Assembly (NCBI GenBank): GCA_025201805.1
Contig: MU619354.1
Span: 37,430 to 101,429, forward strand
From: Parasitella parasitica NRRL 2501
Taxonomy: Eukaryota; Fungi; Mucoromycota
Length of the DNA stretch: 64,000 nt
Reading direction: 5' to 3'
Every line of letters begins with the position of its first letter. Within the stretch, counting starts at the first letter, position 1. Shown here one piece after another: positions 12,168-25,079 of this stretch. The position numbers were made by a program, and so were the translations under genes. The notes under the pieces were generated by a model. The model searched no databases. It saw only the letters and a program-made list of their open reading frames with translations, and was not told where the DNA came from.

Positions 12168-13828
12168 TTATACATCCACAAACCCTTCGACGAACTCGTA
12201 GATTGAATCAAGTGTACTTTGTTCGATCTGCTCATCTTCCAAAGGAGGTTTTCTTGCATAGCATGCAAACCAATCCAGATAAGACTTATTCTGTTCACAT
12301 TCATCAATAATGCTGTCGATTAGGCTTCTGCTTAATGGCAGCTCTTGCTCTTGTTTGCTTTCTACGGACTGCAGCAGCGATTTGAAATTCATACCATGCA
12401 AATTACCAATTTGCCCACCTCCCCAGCCACCAATGGGTAGAGTAGCGTGTTCCTGACAGATATCAATAAAATTTCCAACAAAAGACCTTGCTGGATCTTG
12501 TAGAGCAACCATCAAAAGACTGAAAATAGGGTGATTTGTGCTTGATTCATGATGGGAATTGATTGAAAATGAGGCGTTGCCTGAATGCAGTATGTGCTTC
12601 ACTATGAATATAATAAGTACAGTATGCGTTGCTCAGTGTATATTGATACTTACAGTCAATGTTGATAGCTTTATTCGACACTGGTCCAGCATGTCGAACA
12701 GTATAATTTGTATCTACGATTTCAAAATAGCCACCAGGCTTCATTATCCTTGATATTTCAGACATCAGTTGCGACAGCTCTTCTGGCGAAAAATAATAGA
12801 TCATCATTCGCATATGCACATAGTCAAATTCGCTGTCTGGATACGGTAACCCTTCAAGAACATCATGCAGTCGAAAGTGAGAGTTGTTGGGCTTGATATG
12901 ATTCGGAAACAACGGGCAATCATCGATTCCGTAAAACTCTGTTTGCACATTTATATCTAGTTAGCACTGAATTGTTGAACATTTGGATATTAAAATTACC
13001 TGCATTTGGAAATTCTGTTGCCATTTCAAGTATCCTAAAATAAAATTAAGCTATCAGTATATTTCTCATGATTTTAACATTCAAAACGTTACCAAGTGCC
13101 TGATCCACAACCTATATCTAATACTTTAGTCTTGGTGTTTGAGTTTTCCAACATATTGTACACAGGGGCCGTGAAATTGCCTTGAAAAGTAGCTTTTAAA
13201 ATATAATGCTACGTTTTTAAAAGCCTTAAATACATGTATGCTTGTCTAGACACATCAACTGCTCATATAAATATATATATACCATTGTCATTAATCGATC
13301 CGATTCATCATCATCACAAGGTAGCATGAAATTTTGAGTGCCATGACCCTTCCAATATCGTCTATTGTGTAAAATAACGTATTCGAATGCATCAGCGACA
13401 AGGTCTGTTTTAGATGTTTTAATAGACATATTTTCTAGTTGAACAGTTGTGCTTGCAATAGATGATGCTGTAAAAGAGTCTTTAGGAGAGGCTGCCCCTT
13501 TCTTTTCTCGAGAATGCTGTGAAGATGAAGGGTATAAAGAAGAGTTCTTATTTGTGGATGCTGCTTTGATGGATGATTTTGAAGAAGAGTTTGAATGTAT
13601 AGATCTGGCAGGCTGGGCAGTAGTTGCTGCTATTTCGAAAAAATTGATATTACCAGCGGGTCGATTTGGCTTTTGTGCATAGTGATGTGGTAATGGAGCA
13701 GCCATTTGAGTATCAAAGAATGAAGAAGCATACGGCTGAGGTTTTTTTGCTTTAGCGACTGTAGGATAACTTGTAGCTGTAGTATTCTGAGAATCTTTCG
13801 ATGCCGACCTTGATTGTTCATTCCCCAT
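12168..13828 (-). CDS. Class I SAM-dependent methyltransferase (LaeA/TdiE-like family), multi-exon
   Basis: LPCDDDESDRL, VLDIGCGSGTW motif I (exon ~13090-13200), GLPYPDSEFDYVHMR, RIMKPGGYFEIVD. Confidence 0.9.
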
Positions 13829-16262
13829 AATGATTTATATATGGATTCGAATATTTGGTTAAATTGAAGCAATGTGAAGAGAAAAACGGAAAGAAAGGTT
13901 AATTAACAGCTACTTTTTCTTTTTGCCAGAAAATATCTGAGAAATACATTAGTAGTATGGACCTGCTGCTGCTGCTCACTTCCAATCAAAAATCTAGTGT
14001 TTCTGATGACTCCTATCAGTGTGTAACTCTTTTCTTTTTATGTAGCTGATCGTATTTATCTGAAGAACTGTGAATATACAGTTTTACAATACACTGTCTT
14101 CACAAATACGCTTTATTAAAGTCATTTTCTACGGCATTTCTATGTAAATTTAAATCTAATGCACATGTAATTAAAATTGACTGTTCGGGAGTCATTTCTT
14201 TTGCAATTATACCATTATACTATCATGACTAACATCTGCCATTTGTTGTTCATTAATCTTTATCCGACACTTCGCTTTTAACACTGAAATTAATCTTAAC
14301 TTTATCAGTCCAAGTGCTACTTGAGAATAAATAACCTTTTGTAAATATAAACACCTAAATTCGTTCATCTTCTTACAATGAATTCCTAACCAAAAAAAAA
14401 TCCTGGAATTTTGACAGAATTTGCAAATCTCCCAACTAGATTTCAATCGAGACATCTTAAAAGTTACAGCCACAAATTAAAGTAATGACCAATAACTGTA
14501 CCTCGCTTACCTTAATTGACAGCTGGCGCGGTAGCTCCTCCAACCTTTCTCTTCTTAGAAGGCTCGGTTCTTTTTCGACGTCTAGCGCTAATCTTTACCG
14601 TTAACCATAACTGTACTACTGTTCATGACATCTTGACATCTTGACACACATCATGAGTTTATATCTTTCAGCTTCTGAGTTTCTTTATCGTCAGAGGTTA
14701 TTAAATTCTAGATGTAATTTAATTGATGTGCTGGGGGGCTCTATATTAAAATATTCTAATATTAACTCAGTATTACACATGAGGTAATGTCTGTGCAGTT
14801 CTGAACTACAATTATTATTGGCTAAGAATAACTTTTACTCTTTTAAGATACAAGCTGTAAAGACAGGTATGTAGCTATTAAGCTATTAAACGTAGAGATT
14901 AGGTCAGCCTATTTGGACCGACTATAAACAAAGATTTCTGAATGGATGAGGGGTTGATTTTATGAAAATTCGTGGATTATTGAAGAATTGAGAACCAACG
15001 CGAGTATATTATTTTCATCTAACTTATTTTGATTACTATCATTACCTTCAAATTTACGTTTAAATTTTTCGAACTTTCACCAAGCCATGCCTCACGCAAG
15101 CACCTGTCTAGATATAACGTATTTGTATCCATCAGCAAGCCTTTTATATAGGGTGCAGGCACAGAAACTATTTGTCGTGCTAAATGCGATTGGAATACAC
15201 CCGGTTTGTGCTTCAGAGATGGAATCATTAGTCGATCAAGAGCCGATAACTTCATGATGCGTGGTGTTGCCTTGGGTGAGATACCTGCTATTGTATCATC
15301 ATATAAAGCTGGTTGCTTAAAGTACGTTAGTCCTATATAACCATTAGCTTTTAATAATACAGAACTTACTGAAGACATTTTTGGTAAAGAAGAAGCTGAG
15401 GGCCTCTTAAGGTGTGCTGTGCAGTCTAATTCGGATAAAGACATGCAGAATGACTTGATTACCAGCAAAAGATAGGTGAAGTGTTCGTTGATCACCGACT
15501 CTGCTTTGATAACTAACAACAAATATAAGGTCAAAACTGATCAAGAAATGTATTATTTATTGTTATTTTGCCATTCTAGCATTTTCACCAAATCATTGCT
15601 AATATCAATGCTAACGCCAGAGATGTTAATGGAAGTCGGGCTGATATCTCTTTAATGAGTATTTGATATGGCTCGCACTCTTGGCCATGATAACAGTGAT
15701 CAATTTAGTATCACTCGTGAGAATTTTGGCTGATCCATATTCTTATAAACGATATCTCGAAAGCACATCAGGAATCAATTGCTGCTTGATTATGAATAGT
15801 GAATCGTTTTTCAAAAGGTTCATTGAATTTTATTCGTCGTCTATTGTATCGATTAGATAACTCTGTTGAACATTTTAGTATTTTTTTTTACTTGTGGGAG
15901 TAAACATACAATGATACCTGACCAATTATCATAAAAAATGATTTCCAAGAAGAGCGAATGCGGTGTAACAGATCTCTATTAGAAACTGTTCAGCACATTT
16001 GTTAATTTCAACTGGCTGACCATGACACCGAGGATAAGAGGCGGATGTCAAAAAGTATGTGCATGTGCATACGCCCAAGATGGTGCATACACATGGATTT
16101 TATAGTACTAGCCTGCCCATAACGATATGTGGTAAATTGATGTGCATGTGCTATATTTTGACTGCAAATGTATACAATAGCACAAGCATACTACAGAAAG
16201 CTGGTGGTCAAAGATACAAATGTTGAAAACTCCCGTTTATTGTCTATACTATAGGAACATCT

Positions 16263-17658
16263 CTAATTTTCATGCAACTTCCATTCGTAAACTTCAACTG
16301 TATAATCTAAAAGACCTAATACAAGCTCATCTTGACCATCTGCATTTATGTCGCCCAAAGTAATTGCGTGCGGCCAATCTGAGGTACGGATATGTGAAAT
16401 TTGCTGTAGAGTACCAGGTCAGCATGACTGTATATTCAAAACCATCATTCAAGATGCTTTACCTTTCCGTTTTGATAGACCAACACCTCGTTAGAATGGC
16501 CGGTGCAAAGAATCATATCCGTTTCACTCTCTTCTAATGTTGATGGACGAAATCGCATGATTCGCTCAAGACAAAACCCTATCCTGAACCATCGAAAGAT
16601 CTATCGCAAGTTTGTTGGCCATTTTGACCATGATCCTTGTGTTCTGCTGCATTTACCTCGAAATCTATCATAATATATACACATCCGTCCTTTCCAGCCA
16701 ACAGCACTTGCTGAAAGTCTAATTTATGTGGCTCGGTGCTCTTTTTGTGGCTATTAGGAACAAAGCGTCTCAAATCGTTCGAGTTCAAAAAATTCCCTGC
16801 ACAAAGCTGTCTTTTTGTCAAAACAAAAAAAAAAAAAGGAAAATGCTCTTACATCAAGTACCTACTGAGTGAATTACACTTGGTGATCTTATTGATTGTA
16901 TTCTCTCTCCATTCTGTATGAAATGCACCAAGGGCCAACCATCGCACACTAAAAGACATGCCATATTCATTCCAAACCTATCCTTTAATACTGTTGAAAG
17001 TGTGCAACGAATTGATGGTGATTTACGTCCTGTCTGAAATCAAATAAAAAGCCATTAGGGGTTTGTTGTTTGAAAGAAGTCGTATCATTATCTTACCACA
17101 CCCAATGTTGCTAGCTTTGCTGATTCTTCTGATATGTTCATCTTCCATAAAGCCTCATGCTGCTGAAAACTCGTCAGATTACCATTGATATCGCCTGCAA
17201 TAATCTCACATCCTCCTGCCAAGTCGCTGTGGATATTCAGATCTGTAATTGCAGATCCAAAATCCCGCTTACTCAGAATCTGTTGTCGAGAAAATAATGT
17301 AACAATACCATCGCAATCGCCAACAGCAAGATCCAAAGCTCCAAATCCAGTTAAATCATGTAATAAAATCGATTGAATTGAACCTCCCTTGGTTTCTAAA
17401 AGTCCTTCTACAGGCTACATTATCAGCGTATAGTCCTTTATTAGCAACTCATCACCGTTTATTTTATGTACTTATTGTTACCTTTGTCTGGTTTAGGATA
17501 AGGACGCGTCCAGCTGTTGTGCCAATTAAAATATCATTTTCTTCACTGAGTTCCTCTAGAAATGGCTTTCCAACAGCTAAACAGTTGATTGAATCAGATA
17601 GCTTATTCACCCATAGCTTTCGAAACTCCAATTTAAACTTATTTCCTTGTGAGTCCAT
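16263..17658 (-). CDS. FG-GAP/beta-propeller protein (ITFG2/kaptin/BBS2-like repeats), multi-exon
   Basis: Blades INCLAVG..DILIGTTAGRVLI, HDLTGFGALDLAVGDCDGIVTLF, EIIAGDINGNLTSF, VLLAGKDGCVYI and final WPHAITLGDINADGQDELVLGLLDYTVEVY. Confidence 0.7.
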
Positions 17659-18067
17659 ATAAATATGATAACATACGAAGACAGAAGAGTCATCAACCGT
17701 GACACATTCAAAGCAAAGTTCTGAATGAATTGCTTTGAACTACCGATACTAGAAAACATTTTGATAGGATTTGAAAATCTATCACAGGTCAAGCAATGCC
17801 AAGGTCTTGAATGATGTGATTTCATGCCAATAGTGGTAGATCTCTTGTTCTGAGAGTAAAGTTCAGCGCTCTACTACCAGATCTATGTACAGGACACCGA
17901 AATCCCTAATGAACCAGGAACAAGTGTCAGCATTGTCCAGGAGAAATTTTAGCCATTTTTGTTAACCTTAAATAAAATATGGAGTGGCTTAACCATTGAC
18001 ATTGTGAAATAGATTTTTTATCAATATTTTTTATTGTTTCAACTTTCTCATTATACTTTAAATCGAT

Positions 18068-18846
18068 ATGGTCAGGTAAGGCTGCGTCAATATCCAGTAA
18101 TGCCTATGTTTTTTTTAATCAGCCGAATATTGCTAGTTTTCAATGTGATGGTTGTGGCGATGTCGTCAAGAAACCCAAGTTAAATCAACATGGCAATCGC
18201 TGTTTTGCTACTTTCACCTGTATTGATTGCTCTACAACTTTTCAAGGCACATCTTATCAATCACACAACTCTTGTATGACTGAAGCAGAGAAATTTCAAA
18301 AACATATCTACCAAGCCAAAGTGAGATTGATAGTGTTTCTTTAGAAAAAAAGGTAGTTGATGTTTTATTTTTTTTAATACAGAATGCTCCTACAGCACCT
18401 GTCAAGAAGAAGTCTGATCCCAAGCAAGCAGCTCCTTCTACTAGCAAGCCGATTTCTATTATTGATCAATTGAATGAAAAAAAAAGGAAAAACGATAGCA
18501 AAGAGGAAGAAAGAGTGAAGCCCAAGTCTAAAAAGACAAAGAACAGCAATTTATCAGCATGGAGTCCTGATGAACTTGACAAGGACGAATCCAAGAATTT
18601 AACAAATGCACTGAAGCATATATTAAAGGGAAACGTAAGTAAATTTTGTGTGTTTTTAGAGGGATTTCAGTATTTTTTAATTCGTCTAAATAGAAATCAT
18701 TACCATTGAAAGATGTCCGTAAAAAGACGATTGAATTAATCGAAAAGCACCCTAAATTCGAGAAATCAGAAAAATCTGAATTGAAGAAGAACTTCGACAA
18801 GCAGTTTAGTTTGACATTGAAAGACGACATCATTACATTTTCATAA
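18068..18846 (+). CDS. LYAR-type C2HC zinc-finger nucleolar protein
   Basis: Spliced MVSFQCDGCGDVVKKPKLNQHGNRCFATFTCIDCSTTF..YQSHNSCMTEAEKF, lysine-rich tail, 8-nt first coding exon. Confidence 0.9.
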
Positions 18847-20208
18847 AATAAAACTTTAGATCTCGGGAATATTTGAGTTTTATGTGTTTGCTGTGATGAT
18901 AGTTGCCAGTGGATGATTTAGATAATTCACCTATTGCCATATGAACTGACTGTACTAAAAATTGCTTGTTTATTACTATTTTCAACAATCAATTTTTTTT
19001 ATTATGGAAGCAGTTATAAAACCAACTATCAAATCGTAACTGAGCAAAACCAAGTGCTGGCGCTAGTGTCGCTAGAGTGAAATCAGCAATAAATGATAAG
19101 CACATGTAACAAATGTCAGTCAATCGAATTGTCATTAAAGCACTTTTTAGGCGATTAATTTATTTTACGTGGCTATCATCATCAGGAAAAGAAACAATCT
19201 GATGGTCAAGTCAGAAAAATAACTTTGGCCGAATATAAGCGCAAGCTCATTTGTGCAGCTTACAACCCAATATAACGAGAGTGTTCTTTGTGTGCCTTAC
19301 ATATAAATGTTTTTAAAATCAAAGCATGATGAATGCAAACTTTGATAGTTTCAACATAGTACAATAGGCAAATTATTATTCTTATCTTGCCCAAGATCTA
19401 CAGGTACTCATGCAGCAATGCTTCAAAAAAAAATTTTCATATTAATGTTGGAAATGCTAGACAAGGCTACTCCCGTCATAAATTTGGGAGGTTTTGATTT
19501 CGATTAATCGATAACAGCATAGTTCTAGCTGTTATAAAACGCTGTTACAGATATGGTATTATTCTGGCGCTTCTACAGCGTGTTGGCGCTCTTGATCTTA
19601 GCGATCGAATTTAATCTTGCTTGTATACAAACAAACGTCTTTAGTTTATTTATTTTTCATCTCAAATTGTATGAAATCTCAAGTATGTCTAATTTTCGTG
19701 TCATTATTATTGCTGCTACTAGAGATTCTCAAGCTTCAGACAGTAACCTACTGCTACTATGCAGCACTAAGCAAGTTGTCTACTATGCATGTTAAACTCA
19801 GCATTATCTGCACAGTTCAAGGACATTTATCCCTGCAAAGCTCAATAAATGCCACAATTTTTTTTTTGCCTTGGTGCCCTATTTTTATTAAACATAGATT
19901 ACGATTATTCAGTTCAATTTGATGATTATCACAAATTTTAAAGGAAATTCTATTATATCGTTTTTTTTAAACCAAAAATTCAATTTTAAACGAGGGAAAT
20001 CTCCATGATCGAGGAAGACACATACAATTTTATTTGTTTTCTCTAGTTATTTTTTTTTCCTCGGTTCACCTAATGTTTTAGTTTGTTGAAGGAAGGATTA
20101 CAATCAAAAATAACTTCCTTTTTTCGTTTTTCGTATTTTTTCTGCTGTCAAAAGGAAAAAGTATTGATAAGTTAAAAAACAACATCAACTACAAAATCGA
20201 GACAAAAT

Positions 20209-22889
20209 ATGCCAAATATTGATTTGGCTTTCAAGCCTGTCAGTGATCAAGCAGGACGCATGGTAGAGAATTCATGGAAACGAATTTTAGCTATTGCACA
20301 AAATCATGTACAAGATTTCGAACAAGAAGACGATGCTGGCGATATATCACAAAGGAGCTCAAACGATACCAGACGATCAAGATATAGTGCAAATTCAAGC
20401 GATGCAAATAATCGGATACACTCCTCAGATCAGAGTCAAACAGATTTTTATGACAGAGAAAGGCATATGGTACATGCATTAGATACCTTGTTCACGCTGG
20501 CTTATGAAGGTATTGTTTGATTGTGTTAAAAGGTACCATATTAATCGTTCTGTAGGGCCCGGCTACCTCGCTTTCATTGCCACTATTACTAGCAATTTAG
20601 ATCCTGATAGCCCAGTTGCAATGGCATTTTTAAGCCATATTATTGACAGAGCAGCATTACCTTCAAGACAAACCATGGCTTCAGTCTCACCGGTTATTAT
20701 TTCTAAATTAAACAAAAAGCCTGGTCGTATTCAACGCATGATTTCACTCATTTCGGGGCGTTATAAGATTGAAAGATCAGCGAGCAAAAGAGAAGCACTT
20801 CGCAACCAAATATTTCACAACACAACCAATCCACCCACAACATCAACCTTTATGTCAACTGTCCAAAATTCTGAGCAAACTAAATTACGACTGAATGCAG
20901 CTATTCTCTGGTCTCTTCTCGCAGAAAAATTTGCTGGTGAAATGTGCTTATCGCTTTGGCATCAAGATGTAGGTGACATGCTAATGAGATCAATATCTGA
21001 TCCGCAAGAAGATTTGATGGTTCGCATATTTTCATTATTGGCTCTTGAAAAATTTGCATTGACAGGCACTGTCAAAGATATCATTCTTGCGCATGATTTC
21101 AACATTCGACAGGTATTGCTATCTGTAGTAAAAGAGTGCGAAATTGCAAACGAACGTATTTATGCTCTGGCTTCATCTGAAAATGAAGAAAAACTAATAT
21201 CCGTAAAACCCTTGACTTCTTTGACATTATCTTCGTTGACGAGCATGTGTTCAGCTGGTGTCGCAACTACGGCAGGAGCAGGAGATCAAGTGCCGGCATT
21301 TTCTAATCTCAATAGCTTCGACTCAAGATTTATTCCTCCAAAAGGTCCATTGCGTGAAGAGTGGGCAAAGTATGTTCAGTTAGGGTTATGCTCAAGGTGG
21401 GCTTTAGATCATGTATTTATAGATGGCAAAAAGGTAATTTAACACTGTCTGAAAGATAATCTAGGCTAATAACGACCTTGTAGATTACTTGTCCTTGGGA
21501 TCTAAGGAATTTAAAGGTGATTATGAATCCATTTGATTCTACACCACATCTAAAGATTGGAGGCAATGGATTAGAGGTAAATAGCGTTTTTAGAAACAAT
21601 GAAGCAATCTACTGATGCACACAACTTAGCTTCGCAATGATCGACCTCATTTCGAATCAGTAAGGGCAACCGCATGTGTAAAAAGAGAAAAGTGGTACTA
21701 TGAGACACTCCTATTAAGTAACGGTATCATGCAAATTGGTTGGGCTACAAGTAGGTGTAGATTTTCTCCAGAAGAAGGCTATGGTGTAGGCGATGACTGT
21801 GTAAGTATATATTAGATATTTAATACGTATGATTAACTGATATCATCCAGAATGGTTTTGCATTTGATACCTATAGAACAGCTGTATGGGCAGATGGCTC
21901 AGCTGTCTATCCCCAGAGTAAAGTTAAAATTAGATGCCAGGCAGGTGATGTGATAGGAAGCTTCCTTGATTTGGATAACGGATTTTGCTCATATTATATC
22001 AATGGACGTGACCTCGGCCTTACAGTAGAATTTGAGCATCCCAACAGAAAAAAGCACCATAGCCAAAACTCGCATCAGCATAGACAACAGCAACCGCATC
22101 GTAAAAGTTCAGAGACATCACCAAGATCTTCCAACGTAAGCGAATCCACCACAACCACCTCAACAATTCATAGCATAAGTAACTCTTCTCCTAAAACAAC
22201 CATATCTTCATCACCAACTACTTCGAATCCTTCACCTCGACTAATAGAAGCAGCAGCAAAGCGCAGCAGTAAAAAACCAGCTAAAGGTTTGGGCCTCTAC
22301 CCCGCCATTAGCCTAACAACACATCAACAGGCACTAGTTAATTTTGGAGAAAAAGCATGGATATATCCACCGCCTACCACAGCAAAGTTTAAGGGCATTA
22401 ATGAAGCAGGTGCATTAGACGGTACTTTCGAGAATCGAGTAATGCGCTGGGTCAAAAAAAGAGGAGTAACATCGCACGGTAAATCATATCAACCCATGAA
22501 TAAACCACCTCTTCGTCCTCGTGTGGGTGCAGATGAGATATTCCAAGAAGAATCTCCAGATTCTGATAGTACAACCGAAGTAGAAGAGGAAGAGGAAGAA
22601 GATTATGATTGGGATGGTCCTTTATGTACAATTTGTTTCTCTGAACCAAAAGACACTATGCTAATGCCTTGTAAACATGATGGCATTGGCGGTCGCTGTG
22701 CTAAAGTATTGAAATTATGGTAATTTAGCATTTGTATCTGAAAAAAAACAATTTTAACATCTAACCTTAAATTTCCATAGCCCTTTATGCCGCACAGAAA
22801 TTCATGATAGAGTTTCAGCTACGACAATGACTAAAACCACCATAACTACAATTGTTGTTGTCGAAGAACAAGTTGTACCAACATCCTAA
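20209..22889 (+). CDS. RING finger and SPRY domain-containing protein (RSPRY1-like E3 ligase)
   Basis: LLAEKFAG and LALEKFA helical region, SPRY motifs (FESVRAT, WYYE..L.SNGIMQIGWAT, GYGVGDD, GDVIGSFLDLD), C-terminal RING CTIC..PCKH..C..CPLCR. Confidence 0.88.
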
Positions 22890-25032
22890 ATTATAATAAA
22901 CATTTTTATATTGTACATCTTAATAAGACAATAAAAGACATTTGTATTGTTCCTATTTTAAAATAAAGTCTCTTTTTTCAACAAACTTTATCACAATATT
23001 GCATATTTGAAAAGCCAGCGCTAACCATGTTTGGGATTAATATTTACTTCATCTCGAGCATTCGTATCCTGCTTTACTTGGTCAGTCGAAAAATCTCAAA
23101 AAACATGCAAGTTGACGTAGTATCGAAATCATCGATTTATCAGAAAAGTTAATAGAAATTAATTAGGTGAAGATCCGTTTATTATATTCGAAATAGAGAG
23201 TTTATATACCTCTATGCCCTGAGGGAAGCGATGTGAGGATATGTGAAATTAATAGTATAAAAAAATGCAAAAAATGCAAAAAATGCTTTTTAAAACTGTT
23301 ATTTATTTTTTAGATGAAGATCATCAAAATTTCGTTTAAAAACTATCTTTTTACACTCCAACGATAAATGATTATGGATATGGACCTAAATTATATTGGA
23401 TTATTCATCCAGGACGTCTTGGCAGCAAGAATTGAGAAAGAGAGAACCAATGGCAAATTTGACAAGTGTTGAATTTGCTTCTATTTATTCTAGGTTTATT
23501 GGATTACGTCTTCTTAAATCCGTTGATCTGCGCTAATGTAGGTTAGGAGATCATGATAGTTTACTTCAATTAAAGATTGGAGATTGTCCAATGATGTGTT
23601 GTTATACTTGTCGAAACAGGAGAATAAAGTCTTTGTTTCAAATCAAGAAGGTTATCTGTAACACAGATCTGTATAATTGACAAACAATAAGGTACTGTCA
23701 GATCAAAGATCAATAGCCTTATAATATAATAATATATCGTACCCTGTTAACGATATGATGTTGCTTACAAATTATTCTTATCGATTAGTATCGACTAGTA
23801 TTTTAAATAAGTCACCAAAAATTTATGTTGTTGTAAAAAGTATAAATAGCAGATGCAAAGTTGAATCTTAATAAAGTAATCTCAAGTTTTCGTATCTCGT
23901 TAATTCAATGTTTTATATTATACTTTTCTTATTTCGAGCTTGCAGATCTCAACATCCATGCTAGCCTGGTCTTGATGATTGTGTTCTTTGTGGAATATTC
24001 TGGGGTAATTTGAAGTCCATATCCATAATATTTACGGAGATTTTGTTTATGCGATAACTGTTGTGCCAGTTTCAAAGGGCGCAGCGTAATGTTATGTAAA
24101 TATGATTTGTATAAAGTAATTAAGACTTTTCTGAATAAAACCATACAAAACTGAAGTCTTTTATTGACATAAGATATGATCTCTATTTATACTAAAATAT
24201 ATCCCAATCAATGTTTATCCACATAACATCTGATGTTTGACAAGAAGTGTCAAACCTTATTAAATCACAGCATTTCCAGGACAGACCTATCTTTCTATTT
24301 TGCATTAGAGAAGATTGGGTAGGCTTCCCAACATCCCGCGATCTGATCTAGACGTATTCTTTGAATAAGCCTGGAACCTTGCAAGAGGTCCAATTACAAC
24401 TTGTAGCTTATTACTTATTTGTAAAAAAATTACCAACAATTAATATCATGATCCGTGCATTATGACTAAGTTAGATATGACAAATGTAGCCTTTATATGG
24501 ACACAACAAACTCAGTTCATACTGATCTATAGCAAGATTGTTGTGCCAGGTCTTGAAATTGAGCACAGCAGGTGATTGTATATGATATAAAGAATATAAG
24601 AAAGTAATAAAGACTTAATTTACCAGAAACAAAACTATTGATTTATTGATTGACAAGAAGCTGTCTATTTATATTAGAATAAATCTATCTAAATCAATCT
24701 ATAAAATACAATCAGGTCATGTTTGACATTTAATTGTCAAACAAGCTTATAACAAAGTAGTAGTCAGAGCAAGACCTATTTCTATATTTAATCAGCTAAT
24801 CGTTATGAATGCGAATCATTTATCGATAAGTTGAGCTTCGCAATTTAGAATAAGTAGAAACCAAATAGATGGTTTCTTATACAAGACACTCTATTGAATA
24901 CTTCTATTTACTAGATAGAATTGCGGAATCGGTATAATTGTTATATTTATTCACGGAAAAAAATATAATAAAAAAACAATAACGTCAACTTGATAAAGGT
25001 GGTGTAGGTTTTTATTATCAAATCGACAGGTG

Positions 25033-25079
25033 TATAAAAGCTCCAGTTCATCTACTGGCCAGGTAGATGAACCTTTATA
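25033..25079. repeat. Near-perfect palindrome/hairpin
   Basis: GTTCATCTAC-TGGCCAG-GTAGATGAAC (25046-25072), extended by flanking TATAAAAG / CTTTATA. Confidence 0.75.

Noticed and set aside
15019-15534. 171-aa ORF as a gene
   Set aside because: Non-ATG start, no recognisable motif, and the opposite strand is nearly as open. Probably decayed repeat DNA that I cannot assign.
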